This document shows, in pieces, positions 1 to 13,567 of a stretch of DNA of 64,000 bases. The translations under genes and the position numbers were made by a program. The notes under the pieces are model-generated. The model saw nothing but the letters and a program-made list of their open reading frames with translations, did not search any database and was not told where the DNA came from. The DNA comes from Lophium mytilinum (Eukaryota), in contig MU004187.1 in assembly GCA_010093605.1 (NCBI GenBank), positions 682,001 to 746,000 on the forward strand. The letters are read 5' to 3'. Within the stretch, counting starts at the first letter, position 1. Every line of letters begins with the position of its first letter.

Positions 1-2011
1 TCGCTCCAGTCACATGCTTCGCTACAAGATTGGTGCTATGCATGAAAGTAACGCGTGACGTTCAGCCCTGTTATTCAAAGGTGCCTTTTGTCGGCGTCTT
101 CCGTCAAGATCAGGGTCCACCCTTCTCGCTACCAATATCACTAAACATATAGCGAGCTTGTAACTAGCAGGTTTTGGTATTCAACATTACGCGCATAATG
201 CGGCTGGAAATCACTCTTGAAGACCCAACATGGCCTCCAGGCAGTTCCCACCATTCGTCCCCACTCCCCAGACTGTGCAAGGCAACTCAGCCAGGCCACT
301 TTACATATAGAAAGAATGATCAACACGTTTGCTTTAACTTGACAGCGGTAAGAGAGCACTGCAGTGTACACGGATTTGCAGTGCCAGCTGTTGGCAGCCT
401 TTTGCTGGATTATCTAGTTTCGTGAATGTCAAGACATGTCAGTGTGGGTATCCCAGCAAGCACGGATTTACCTCAGTGACCTAGATTCAAATAACCTAGC
501 CGGCGAAGTTGGAACCATCCAGAATACAATTGACCAAGTAGCGGTCCAGCAGTGCAGCCAATTGTATGCCTCCTAGCCAGTTGGAATCCCAGTTTTTCAC
601 GCTGGCAGGCGCTGTCAAGGTGCGTGCAGCAGCTGGGAGCCTTCAGACGGCCCGTGAAGGCGGGTGTATGGCGCACATCAGAGACGGCCGGGCGGTCCCG
701 TTCGCGGGACAGATTGCGCACAATTGGCCATCGCAAGCGACGATAAGCCAGGTCTGGCTCTGCGGTTGCTGCTCCGTGCGGATGAAGCGCTTCGTGGCAG
801 AGGCATTTGTTTGTAGAGCGAGTGGACGTAGGGCGGCGACATGTCCACGCAATATTCGAGAATCGAGACACGCGTCACGCTTTTCTCACGACGGCGGACG
901 GAGCATCGTTGTTGCATGCTGACGCGGAAGCGGAAGCTGCTCCCACTGCGAATCTACCGAGACGGAAGGCGTGGCTCGAGTCGGGCAGGCAGCGTGTCGG
1001 CGAGATAGGCAAGTGCGCCTGGCCTGGTGGGCATTCTTCTGTGCTTCGAGAAGTCATGACTCTTGTCGGCGCATGCGTCCTGCAGTTGCCGGACAGGGAA
1101 GAAATGCACCCCCAGGACCTGCCGTTTGCGTCCAACGTGCCTCCCAGCATCTCACAATTCGCGTGGTGTTGGTGCCATGTGGTATCGCCAGCACGGCATC
1201 TCTGAGTGTAAAGGCAGCTTCTCCGGCGGTGTTGGGTGTGGGTTGAGGCTCCCACGGTGCCACCACTCTGCGAACTGACTTTGACGGCGCGGGGTCTAGC
1301 GAGCCAAGGTTCGGCGAGCCGAGTCGCCTAAAGTTAATGCATCGGGCGCAATTGGCTTTCTGCTTGCGTCTGCACCTCAACACCACGCGCGAACCGCGGG
1401 GGAGGCATACACATTCTCCATAGCCGGGACGCTGCACGCGATGCCCTGCGCCGTGAAGCTGTGCAAGCCGGTGCAGTCTGCTGCCCGAGTGCCCGGATGG
1501 AGCCGTCTTGGTGCTACTGTAGATGTACCGCTCGGACGAGGCTGGCAGCGTGACTCGTGCCGCAGCCAGGCTCGGGCGTCCGCCCCTGATGAAGCCGTTG
1601 GAGGCCTGCCCACTGTGGCCGCGTTGAGGTGTTTTGGCGGTCCCAGAGCCAGACCGGAGGGCCGCTGGCTTGTCGATCCACCACAGTGCTGAGCGCTGGG
1701 ACCTGCAGAGGGATCTGAGCGCTCCGGCAAGGAGTTGGGCCAACCCTGAACCCGGCGCTGAAGCCGCAAGAGGGCCCTCGACTGCCCGGCAGCTTTCTTT
1801 CCAGGCCTCGTTGCCGAACCACCACAATAATCCCCAGCACCGCAGCCACTAAACCCACAAGCCCTGCAGTCCGCTCCACCCACAACTTCCCTACCTGCTA
1901 GCTGGTGCAAAGGGCTGATCCACCTACTCGCTGCCCAGGAGCACGCTTTTCCCGCATCCACACTCCATATACGCGCCGACAGTCTCTCTCCGCCGCCCTC
2001 CCACCCTCGAC

Positions 2012-3659
2012 ATGGGTCTTTTCAGTCGCAAGAGCTCCAAGCCCCAGGTTTCCAGCGGCGACGGCATTGCCAGCGCCTCCAATGGCTCGCTGAAGTCGCC
2101 TGTGCCGCCCTCCTCGCAGAGCGGCCAGTCCACCGTGAAGCCTGCACCGCCTGTCCACGATGTGCCACTGCCAAAGGCCCCCGATCCTGCTCTAGATCCC
2201 GCGGGCTACCTGCGCAGCATCTATGCTGTGCGAGAGCGCACCAAGCTTGTGCTCGAGAAGGCCAAGAAGAATCAGCTGAAGCACTTCACCGTCGACATGA
2301 CCAAGTTCCAGGAGACGGCCGGCTATGTGGTGTCCATCATCAAGGTCAGTCCTACCCTCAATGAAATTTTTAACGGTCCACTGACAGCCGCCATTGCAGC
2401 GCGACTATGCCCCCGACTACGCGTCCATCCCTCCCCACGGACGCTGGCAGCATTTCGAAGTTGGTGGCCGCCCTCGCATCGATCAGCTAATGGCTTCCTG
2501 GCCATTGACTGTCGACAACCAGGAGCGGACCCGCCGTCTCATTGACCTGTTCTTGGTCTCGGTCCTCCTCGACGCTGGCGCTGGAACAAAGTGGCAGTAC
2601 AAAAGCAAGGAGTCTGGCCGGGTATATCGACGAAGCGAGGGTCTGGCCGTCGCCAGTCTGGAGATGTTCAAGGCGGGCGTCTTCAGCAGTGACCCCAGCG
2701 AACCCTGCCAGGTTGACAGTGCCGCACTGAAGAGACTGGACGTCAAGACCATGGCCCGTGGTCTGCAGGTCACCGAGGAAAATCCACTTGATGGGCTGCA
2801 GGGACGCACGGGTCTCCTGGTAAGACTTGCGGACGCACTGCAAAACCAGGAGATATTCGGTCTGGAGGCGCGACCGGGCAACATGCTAGGTAAATATACC
2901 ACAAAGCCTAGATTTGAAATACACTAACACGATGCAGACTACTTGCTCTCGCACCCCTCAACACAGGCCTCCTCAGTCCCTATCATCCCACTGCCCACGC
3001 TATGGAACGTCCTGATGGATGGCCTCGGTCCCATCTGGCCTGCGACTCGCACCCAAATCGACGGCATATCTATTGGGGATGCCTGGCCATGCAGTGTCAT
3101 GCCCTCTCATCCGACCCACCCTTGGGAGAACATTGTCCCGTTCCACAAGCTCACCCAATGGCTAACATATTCGCTGATGGTGCCCATGACCAAGCTCCTA
3201 AACGTATATTTCGCCGGCAGTGAGCTGTTGACAGGTCTACCTGAGTACCGCAATGGCGGCCTTCTGATTGACACTGGTCTGTTGACGCTCAAGCCGGAGG
3301 ACGCGAAGCGCGGACTCGCCCAGTACCAGCGGAACGCCCAAGTTAAGGGCCAGCCAAATATGGAAGTGGTTCCGCTCTTTACTGCCGATGACGATGTCAT
3401 TGTGGAATGGAGAGCTGTCACTGTTGGCTTCCTGGATGAGTTGTTGGCCGAAGTCAATACGCTGCTAGGACTGCGCGGTACAGAAAAGCTGAACCTTGCC
3501 CAGATGCTGGAAGCTGGTTCATGGAAGGTTAGTCCTGAAACTTCCTCGTATTTCCTTCCCTACTGACAATTCCAGGGTGGCCGAGAAATCGCCGAGGTCT
3601 CGCGACCCAACACCAAGGAGCCTCCGATTATGATCTTGTCCGATGGAACCGTTTTCTAA
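2012..3659 (+). CDS. URC4: DUF1688 family protein (uracil catabolism protein Urc4/Urg3-like), 4 exons
   Basis: Exons 2012-2344, 2400-2889, 2938-3527, 3576-3659 join in frame through GT..AG introns with CTRAC branch sites. Motifs IPPHGRWQHF, SVLLDAGAG, RSEGLAVASL, PFHKLTQWL, TGLPEYRNGGL and C-terminal SDGTVF are typical of DUF1688. Confidence 0.88.
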
Positions 3660-4188
3660 GATACCCTTGCACGCCTTGCTTTCCATTCCATTCCTCTGAT
3701 CCACTAGGGGAGACCCCAATATGTGCGCAACACTACGGCGCGCGGTGGAGGTGCACACGGTCTTCAATGGGTTGCTTCTCTGTTTATACTTCTTTGGCCG
3801 CGCGTAAAGCGTGGATTTACAGCGCTACCTATCTGCGGCTGGCTACCTACTATTTGCATTCTGAAAGACGGCATGTTATGGACTCTGTTTGCTGCATGTT
3901 ACTGCTAGAGGTCGTTTACCTACAGGGACGGAAGAAAAAAAGCGGCGTAGCCATAATGGGGCTTGAGAGCCAAACGGCCTTACTCCACGATGAAGTCTTA
4001 AAGACGGAAGTCTGCGTGTAGCAAAATCCACCAAGTGAAGCCTTCCTCAATTCACTAGCTGCCTGCTTATCTACGTGACTGCTCCGTTCTAACTAAATCT
4101 CTCCTCTACACCTCTTCTCACCTGCATCGAAGTTTCCAAAAACATCACAGAAAAGCATGAACTAGAGCGGATCGGTCTTAGCTTTACC

Positions 4189-5642
4189 ATGGAGCTGCAA
4201 ATGTGGGGGCAACATCATGGCGTGGGACGTGGGGGCACAAGCTCCCGCAGCTCCAGCGTCATCTTCGACTCGCTGGCATCCGACTCCTCTACCTCGTTCG
4301 AATACTACAAGCCCGCGTACTACCTGCCCCGAAGCCCTTCCGCCGTCGCTATGAACTCCAGCAGGCGCCAGAAGCAGCGCAAGGTGCTGCTTATGGGCAA
4401 AAGCGGCGCCGGGAAGTCGTCGATGCGGTCTATCGTCTTTAGCAATTACGTCGCGAAGGATGTGAGGCGGCTGGGTGCGACGATTGATGTTGAGCACAGC
4501 AATATCAAATTCATGGGGAATTTGATGCTGAACTTGTGGGATTGCGGCGGGTGAGTGGGAACCGTTTCGTTTTGATATTCTCTTGACACCTCTCCGACGC
4601 TCTCGGAGGTGCTTCGTGCGAACTTCTTAAGTTTCAACTAAACTCACCCTTCAATTCGATTCACACCAAGTCACCTGCTAAGTAATCATCTCTCCACAGT
4701 CAAGACGGCTTCGTGGAAAACTACCTCACGCACCAACGCGCCCACGTCTTCGGCAGCGTCGCAGTCCTCATCTTCGTCTTCGACATCGAATCGCGCGAGT
4801 TCGCGGCCGACGTCGTCTCCTACAGCAACATCATCCGAGCGCTATCAGAATGCAGCCCCGGTGCCAAAGTCTTCTGCCTCATCCACAAAATGGACCTCGT
4901 GCAGGCGCGGCTCCGCTCCCAGCTCTTCGAAGAGCGCTCCGAGTACATCCGCGCCGCGAGCGAGACGTTCAAAGACACGGTCGATTTCTTCCCGACCAGC
5001 ATCTGGGACCAGAGCTTGTACAAAGCGTGGACGCAGATTATATACTTCCTGATCCCGAACGCGGCGACCATCGAGGGGCTGTTGCGGCAATTAGCGGAGG
5101 TGATTGACGCCCGCGAGCTGATCTTATACGAGCGCACGACCTGCCTCATGGTGACCCATGTCACGCGGGACGAGGAATCGCAGAACCCGTTCACCGACCG
5201 CTTCGAGCGCATCTCTAGCATCCTGAAGACGCATAAGCAATCCATGGCGTACGTCCCATCCCCAACCTTAGCTTCCCCCTGAACCTTAACCCCCCTTCCC
5301 CACAAACTACTCATCAGCTAACGCGGCGTGTTCCACAGCAAACACACCAACATCCCCCCCGGCAGCGCCAACTTCGCCGAAATGCAGATCAAAACTGGCC
5401 GCTTCATGTTCTTCATCACCCGCCTGACGGAGAACACGAACCTCGCCGCCGCCATCCCGCCCTCGGAGCAGGTCTTCAACGCCGCCCGCATCAACATCAT
5501 GCTCGCGCGGTCGAAGTTTGCCGAGCTGGATATCGCGAATAAGCCGCGGCCGGGGCTGCAGCAGGCGTTTGCGAGCGTGTCGATGGGGCATAGTGGGGAG
5601 AGCGACGGCGAGGGCGGGAGAGGGGAAGATTTTGGGGTCTGA
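4189..5642 (+). CDS. GTR1: Gtr1/RagA small GTPase (TORC1 amino-acid signalling), 3 exons; true start may be ATG 4351
   Basis: [18 protein letters not shown]-loop, [41 protein letters not shown]. Introns 4551-4699 and 5249-5338 restore the frame. Confidence 0.93.
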
Positions 5643-6240
5643 GATAGGAGGGTTGAGCGCGGCTTGGGGGCGATTTAAAAGTGCTTTGTTGGTGCGAGAT
5701 ACCCCCTTTGGTTATGGCGTTCGGCGTCGAGCTGAGTAGGAAAAGCGAAGGATGCTCTAGGCGGCTTCGAGGGGATCCTACTGGATAGGAAATTTCGAGG
5801 CTGAGGCTATTTTGGACGGGATCTGATCTATAACACCACACCGTTGATTTGACGAAGTCTTGAGTGGTCCTGCACGGAGCACTCCAACGTACTCTCAGAA
5901 CCCCTTAATAGGATCTATCAATTTGGAGCTTCTCAATCAAGCATGCTTTCCTGTACATGTCCCAGCATCTTAGCACTGCCTGGGAACCTCCACTTCGCTC
6001 TCTAAAACCCGAATAAATAGTGGTGTTCCATGGAATGCAAGTCAGACTCACAGCATAGAAATATCGAGTCTGGCTCGATATAGCGCGTCAAGCAATAACA
6101 TACCAAAAGCGACTCCAAATCGCACGAACTAGCTCCCGTTCATACATCTCACCACACCGTAATTTCACCCCGTTGCGCTACCCCAATTCAAAGTGTCTGG
6201 CCTCCGACATCTTACGGTAGCCTGCTGCACAAAGGAGTCA

Positions 6241-6293
6241 AACTCAACAGGAACTCAGCAGGAACTCAACAGGAACTCAACAGGAACTCAACA
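6241..6293. repeat. 11-bp tandem repeat (AACTCAACAGG) x ~4.8
   Basis: Read directly; one copy has an A>G change. Lies between the convergent 3' ends of GTR1 and the glucosidase II gene. Confidence 0.9.
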
Positions 6294-6424
6294 TGTATCA
6301 ACAAACTCCTCTCCTAGCATTCGTTATACATATACTCTAAGTGTATCACATCTACCCCAACCCTAAAATCCAACTTTTTCCCAACCCACCCACCCCATCT
6401 ACCTAGGTACCCTCCCCTCCACAC

Positions 6425-9400
6425 CTACGCAAATTGAATCCTCCACCCCTTCCCCACGGCCACCTTCGGATCCCTCACCACCGCCCACGCCGCCTTCACC
6501 CCCTGCGCCGGATAAAACGTCACCTTCGCCCTCCTCCCCCCTTTACTCTCCTTGACCCCCTCCTCACTAACCGCCACCTCCGCCAACCCCTCCCACGCCG
6601 CCGGCGCACCCACCACAACGACCTTCTCGACCCTCACCTTCGCCATCGCCTTCGCAAACGCCGCCGTCTTCGGCCCCTGCGTCCCGATATCCGTCGAACT
6701 CAGCGCGCTCGTCTCGTGATCAAACACAAACTTCCGGTGGATAGCCGCGCCCTGCTCAAACTCAAACGTCTCGCCGTCGTCGATATACAGCGTCCCCTCG
6801 GCGTTGCCCGCGCGGTCGAGCACGACGACTAGCGTGAAGGGGTCCCATTTCATGAGGCCGGAGCTGCGGCGCGGGCGGTCGCGGCGCGGGATGACGTGGC
6901 CGCCCTGCATGAGCAGCGGGATCTTGTCCAGGGGCGCTTGGACGGTGTGGTAGCCGGCGCCGGTGTAGGTGGTGTAGTCGAAGTAGTCGTAGTAGGGTTC
7001 GGCGTCGGCGAGGTAGATGTCGACGCTGTTGGCGCCCTCGGTGACGACGGGCTTGGCGAGGAGCCCTGTCGAGCCGACGTAGAGCTGGTCGTCGATGGCG
7101 AAGCCGGCGGCGTCGTCGGGGTGGACGTAGAAATTGGGGCGCACGATGGGCGCGCCCGTCGTGGCGGCTTCATGGAAGGCTGTGTACCAGGCGGGGAGGA
7201 GCTGGTAGCGGAGGCGGAGGGCTTGAGAGATGATTTCTGTGTAGGGGGCGCCAGGGACGTAGGGCTCGCGTCGGCGGGTGTCGATGTGGGCGTGGCCGCG
7301 GAAGAAGGGGTAGAAGGTGCCGGTTTGGTACCAGCGGGTTAGGAGCTCTTTGCTTGGGTTGCCGAAAAAACCACCGACGTCGGCGCCGGCGAAGGGAAAG
7401 CCTGAAATCCCTTGGTTGAGTACCATGGGGATGGATATGGCTAGATGAGACCATTCTGCCAGATTGTCCCCGGTCCACATGGCACCGAGACGTTGGCTTC
7501 CGGCGTAGAATGAGCGGGTTAGCACAAAAGGTCGGCGGACCTCACCCTTCTTTCGTTCCACCATGGCCTCGAATGTGGCATTGTGGAAAGTCAAGCCATT
7601 GATGTTATGCACATCACGGTGCTCCCAGTTTCCATAGTGTAGATTGTCCTTTGGCATGGTCGTTTCAGGGCCGTTGAAGACCGAGGGCTCGTTCATGTCG
7701 TTCCAGATGAAAGTGTTGGCAAAAGTCCCTTTCCAGCTGTCGTATTTGAACAGTGTCGTCCACCATTTGATGGCTGCAGGATTGAAGCAGTCAACCCAGT
7801 AAGACGATCCAGGCCAACACCAGCCTTCGTAGTCGTTGCCCTCCTTGTTCTTTACTGCAAGGCCTTTGCTCTTCATTTCGTCGATGACAGGGTATTTGTC
7901 CGTGTTCTTAATGTGAGGATCGATGATCGCGACCAGCTTCCTGTCGCGCTTATCCAACTGATTGTGCATTTTCTTGGGATTTGGGAATGTGAGGGGATCC
8001 CAGGTGAAGTACTTCTTACCATCTGTGTACTCAATGTCGAGCCAAATAACGTCGTATGGGATCTTGAATTTGTCGAATTTGCGATCAACGTCCATGACAT
8101 CCTCGTCGGTGACATAGTTCCATCTGCACTGGTGGTACGCAATGGCGAACTGCTGTGGCATCGCCGTAAATCCGGTCAATTCGCCATATTTCTGGGTGAT
8201 ATCCTTGGGGGTAGGTCCAAGCATAACAAATACATCCAATATTCCGCTTTCGGATATCCAATGTGTTTGAGTGTCTGTGACCGACTTGGTTCCAAGACTG
8301 AGGGGATTTTTGGAACCTTTCGATTTTACGATATCAATCCAGGTCTCGGCTGCATTCAACCAGAAAACTCCGACAGTGGATCCTTTGCGATGAGCTTGCA
8401 TTAATGGAATGGCACCATAAAGTGTCATAGGGCTGTCCAACTCGTACTCGAAAACGTCGGCATTGTAGAGTCGGTAGGGTTCACTGTACTTTCCATCCCC
8501 GCCTCTATAGACTTGTTAGTACAACACTCTTGGTTTAAAATTGAAGATATCGTACCTTGTTTCTTTCAAAGATAGCGAGCTTGCGTGCTCTGGGATTCCG
8601 TAGACGTGCTCGTAGCCCGGGAATGAGATGTCCAGAGCGACGGCCTCCGGTCCCTTGGGCTTGGTATCCGTATTGCCACCAAATGTCTCCTCCCACCAAG
8701 TGCTCTCGTCCTCGCCAGTCTCTTCGGTCGTCTCTGGAGGAGGTTCCTCGCCTTCCTTCGGCTGTGGTTTCTCGACCTTCGCCCTCCAATGCTCCATATT
8801 CAACAGACCCCGCTCGTTGAATTTAATATGTGTTTCGCCATCTCGCTTGAAATTGATACCGAACGGAGAATGCGTTATGACTGCTTCGTGTGTCCCAGCA
8901 GGACCATAGTTCACTCTTGTCGAGCCAGCCTCGGTGTCCCGGCTCAATGCAGCGCCAGTGCTGATTTCGAGGCCCCCAACAATAGCCCATTTTGATGCTT
9001 CGTTGTACCGCTCTTTTCTCGCCTTGCTATCATGCCGTAGCGTGATATCTCCCTTTTGCCTTTTTTCCTCATCTACCGTCACTCGCGCTGTGCCAGATTC
9101 CAAAAATGTGACAGTGAGCGGTAACCGGACCGTCTCACCAGATTTTCCGACCGTCTTGAGTATTGTGCCAGACAACTGCCCATCTTTGAAGGAAACGGAG
9201 GAGGGATCGAGGTTGTAGGGGGAGGTCCAGCTCGTGAGCTGTGCTACGTCGTCGGCGAATGCTCTGTTGCGTTTGCAAAATCCAGCCTGAGTGCATGTCT
9301 TGAAGTTCTCGTGCTTGACCATGACTATACGCCGTATAAGTCTACAATTTCCAAATTCAAAGCAATTTCAATGGACGTCAGACGGAAAACACCTACCAAC

Positions 9401-9481
9401 TGGCGTAAATAGGGAAGTCAACGCGGTAAAAGAAAGGAAAACATCCGTCCAGCTGCGGGGCTGGGGCATTGTGAAGAACAT
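6425..9481 (-). CDS. ROT2: ER glucosidase II catalytic alpha subunit (GH31), 3 exons
   Basis: Exons 9481-9397, 9324-8556, 8504-6425. Signal-peptide-like start, then VKHENFKTCTQAGFCKRNR, WLDIEY, catalytic WNDMNEPSVF, WTGDN and FFRGHAH. Confidence 0.93.
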
Positions 9482-9854
9482 GGTGGCCTAGACGCAGCTG
9501 GTGCTGTCAGGCAGAGTCTCGTACACTTCAGCTGGTGGAGGCTTGGTGTTTGGATGCAGACTGGCCAGGTTGCTCGTCTTGGGGTTGGCGGTGGAGCAGC
9601 AGCTAGCATGTCGCTCCAATTGGCGCTATCAGGGGCTGCACGGCCGCTTTTTTAGCAGCCCCGCCCTAAAGTGCCACCGCACTCCCCCCACTAGATACAC
9701 GACAATTTCTGCCCAGACGCCGCTATATATGACCTCGCAATTCCCCTCTGGCATCCCCGACCCGCCCATCTTCAAGCACCTAGGACCGAAAGACCGCGCC
9801 CGCCTCCGCCATAACATCGAAGTCCACGCCGAACAGGAACGAGAAACCGCCAAC

Positions 9855-10623
9855 ATGACCACCGAACAGACGTGAGTTTCCTCGAGTATCGAGAGAGGAG
9901 CGGTGAAGCTAACATTGGGGGTCCAGTTTCATTGCCATCAAGCCCGACGGCGTCCAGGTATGCCATTGTCCCATGCCATTCTATTATATCAAACCAGCAA
10001 GAGAGCAGAACCATGGAACTCTTCTCTCTGTGCCTGTCACCCCACAATAGATCGAATTGCTAACGTCCTATCAGCGTGGCCTCATTGGACCCATCATCTC
10101 CCGCTTCGAGAACCGTGGGTACGTAGTCCTCATCTTCATTCTTATTTGCACGTTTATAACCTGGACTTCTCACTGACATCCTCCAGCTTCAAGCTCGCGG
10201 CCATCAAGCTCGTCACTCCCTCCAAGGAGCACCTCGAAAAGCACTACGAGGACCTCTCTGACAAGCCTTTCTTCCCCGGACTCATTGCCTGTATGCCTCC
10301 CCTTATATCTTCCCTACACACCATACAAGCACAATGTCCCCATACTAACACACACAGACATGGGCAGCGGCCCCGTCGCCGCCATGGTCTGGGAGGGCCG
10401 TGACGCCGTCAAGACCGGCCGCTCCATCCTGGGCGCCACCAACCCGCTGGCCTCTGCCCCTGGCACCATCCGCGGCGACTACGCCCTCGATGTCGGCCGC
10501 AACGTCTGCCACGGCTCCGACAGCGTCGAGAACGCCAAGAAGGAGATTGCTCTCTGGTTCAAGGAGGGCGAGGTCCAGACCTGGAAGAGCGCCCAGTTCG
10601 ACTGGGTCTACGAGAAGCCATAG
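9855..10623 (+). CDS. NDK1: Nucleoside diphosphate kinase, 5 exons
   Basis: Exons 9855-9871, 9927-9957, 10075-10118, 10187-10290, 10358-10623 give [31 protein letters not shown]...GATNP...GTIRGD...[10 protein letters not shown]. Confidence 0.96.
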
Positions 10624-11259
10624 ATTATGAAAGTAGGATATGGTGATACGATGCTATGAAAGAGCGGACGGTCTAGGGATCTTGCTTGCCCTGTCAGGCC
10701 TTGACCTAGAATAGAAATACAAAACGTATTCTGCAATCTTCCTGTTGAATTTGTTGGGGAGCTTTGGCATGTGATGATGATCTTCCCAAACACCAGGGGT
10801 CGAAGACCAATATATAGGCTGTGGATTTGATTATCGACGCTTGAAAGCCGACAGTACTAGGCCGTGAGTCCGGGCACGCGGATACGACTTTATGAGTATC
10901 GCTTTTAAAAGGCAGACACCACTGTCAGAGCATTAAGGCTACTAGAAAACTAACCAGTTAGAAGGTAACGCAAATTCTGGTGCATGAAACATGACATCGC
11001 TTCTAGCTTATGGAAAGACACGTCTGGCAATAGCAAACGAGTATGGAAATATATTTGATTTGAGAATGTTGCAATGAAGGGTGAAAGGGTCTATGTAAGG
11101 CTTCAGCATGCTAACAGAAGTTGCAATTTATTCAAATTTAGAGGCCAATACTCTGATCTTAAGAACTGCCCATCCACTCTGAATTGTAGGCCTGCCCAGT
11201 GATCGCACACAGTTTACCCTGACCGCTCTATCAAATCCTACCCCTCTGTCGAGCTGAGA

Positions 11260-13567
11260 TCATTTAGCTCTCCAAACAAGCTCTATGTTTGGTTCCTCGT
11301 CCACCTCCTGCTTGACTTTCGCCTCGGCCGCCTCTATGTCTGCCTTTTGCTCGACATTCGCCCCATCTCCAGCTTGCAGGGTATCTCCCTGCTCTGCCTG
11401 CTGTCCTTGCTCTGCCTGATATCTCTCCCATGCAGCCCGATTCCTCTCGCCCTCCTCCCACTTCGCCCTCTTCCGCTTCTCATCATCCTCCTTCATCCGC
11501 TCGAACACCGCTTTCCTCTTCGACCTCCCCTCTTCTCCCCTTTTCTCCCTATGCCTCATCAACGACCCCTGACCCCTCCTCCTCTTCTTCTCATTCAACT
11601 CCCTCAACTCCTCACTGACCCCCTCACTCAACCCCTCCCCAACCTCCCTCACCCCAATCCTCGCCCTCACCTCCTCAAGCACCACATCCCTAATCCCTTC
11701 CACCACCTTCCCCGGCAAGCCCTCCGGCACGCAAACCGGCCCCAGCACCCCACTCGACCCAACTCCACTCCCCACCCCCGCCTTCCTCTTCTTCGTCTCC
11801 CCCTCCTTCTTCCTCCTCCCCGGCTCCGCCTCTCTTACCTCCCGCCACGGCCGCCCCCAAAACACCTCCACCACCGCATCCACCACCACCGCCGCGCCCA
11901 CCCCCGGCACCCGCGTCCCCGCCACCACCGGCATCGCCCGGCTCGGCGGCCGCAACCGCTCCACCCCGGCCAGCCGCATAAGCACCTGTGCCTCCTGCGG
12001 CACGGCCCCGGTGAACCGGCGCTGCCAGAGGTCGCGGAAGGCGTCGTCGCCGCTGAGGTGCGTCTTCAGCTGCGCGGGCCAGCCGTAGAGGCCGCGCGGG
12101 AGGACGGAGGGGGGGAAGAGGAGGCTGAAGACGGATTTGTAGCGCGCCATTTTGCGGTCGATGGGCGGCGTGGGGGTCAGCGGGAGGATGGTGAGGTGGG
12201 AGGCGAGGGCGGCGAGAGAGGCGCAACGCGGGTGGAGGAGGTTTTGGGCGGCGCGGGGCGCGGAGGTGGTGTCGCGGAGCCAGGTGGTTAGGGCGGTGCC
12301 GGAGGGGAGGGGGGTGGAGGAGGGGTTTGGTGGTGGGTGGGGGTTTTTGAAGAGGGCGGAGAGGTGGGGGTGGGTGGTTGTTGAGAATAGGGCCGTGGAG
12401 AGAGGTTCTTCGGATTTGAGGGCGTCTTCGTGTTCTAGAGTAGCTTCGCTTCTGAGGGTGTCTCCATTCTTGGAGGAGTCTTCGCTCTTCAGGGTGGCTC
12501 GGTCCTTGAGAGTTTCTCTGTCCTTGAGGATATCGATACAGCCTCCGTACATATCGAGAAATTCCTTGAGCCCTGAAACCATAAGATCCCACTGTAGAAG
12601 CGTCGTAGTCCAGTGGAGTTCCTCCGGGATTTCGCCTTGAGGAGCTTCTTGGATGGATAACAACGACAGCGCCCTCTCGATATCTTGAAAGACCCACCGC
12701 AGACGAATCCTGAGTATAATGTGTATGGCATACGCGCAATTGTAGTCGAATTCGCCCTTCTTCAACGACTCCCTCGCTAGTTCTAGTGTGGCTAAGTACG
12801 CATCGTCAATCTCTATACCCTCTTTCCTGAGAAGACTTTGCTGGACGATCCCAATCGCAGACTCCACCAGTATCACCCCCATCGACGAAATTTTAGGTTT
12901 CTCTTTCTCCAGGAAGACCAAGCGTTCGAAGTCTTCTCCGAACGGGGGAAGGTCGTTGACGAGGAACGACACGAAGCTCGATTCTCTGACACCAAAGCTG
13001 AGACGGTGGACGAACTCCGGCAATCCGGCGCCTAGGGCATATGTCAGAAACGCGCGCTTGAACTTCGCCCGCTTGGCTGGCTGTTCGAAATGGCCGTGGT
13101 ATGCCCGGAGAAGCGTGCCGAAGACCTTAACGTGTCTATCGAAGCCCGTTAGGGCAGAGTCGTAGTCAGGAAGGACATCGCAATCGGTAATCTCGCCCGG
13201 CGCGAATAGGTGCTTGTAGTTACTAGGCAGCTATTAGCTACTAGATGTTGAGCAGTTGCATGTCAGCTAGAGTATCATACCTGCTTCCGACGTCTTGTTC
13301 CATATTCGTAGCAACCACTAGCTCATGATACGGCCGGCTCGACAGCGCGTCCACGGCTGCGGCGACTGTCACGATCTCTCCCGGTTCACGAGCTAGTAGT
13401 ACAGACAAAGCCATCGCTTCTCTGTGCTTACCATTTGTTTGTGTCGGGGCGTTCGAGCTGTCGGGAAACTTGTCCATCACGAGGGAGCACATGGTGGAGA
13501 GGGCGCGGATTTGCTGGTCTAGCTCGTAGGCCCACTGCTGGTCGCGATCTTGCTGGCTGGCCTCCAT
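11260..13567 (-). CDS. Hypothetical ~750-aa protein, possibly a degenerate OTT_1508-like deaminase-fold protein, 2 exons
   Basis: Exon 13567-13281 joins exon 13222-11260 in frame through intron 13280-13223 (GTATGA..GCTAAT..TAG). The gene model is solid; the family call is motif inference (see findings). Confidence 0.7.

Noticed and set aside
1..2011. Many overlapping 60-257 aa ORFs upstream of the URC4-like gene
   Set aside because: No recognisable motifs, no consistent codon bias or splice pattern; expected by chance in GC-rich intergenic DNA.
6241..6293. CRISPR-like array
   Set aside because: No spacers, 11-bp unit, eukaryotic context; an ordinary minisatellite.
9729..9854. In-frame 42-aa N-terminal extension of NDK1 from ATG 9729
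   Set aside because: That ATG overlaps the TATATA element and is probably upstream of the transcription start. ATG 9855 has CAAC context and matches the family start.
11347..12739. Long antisense and alternate-frame ORFs (also inside the glucosidase, MFS, Hikeshi and wall-protein genes)
   Set aside because: Shadow ORFs caused by extreme GC3 and C/G skew; low-complexity His/Pro/Arg translations.
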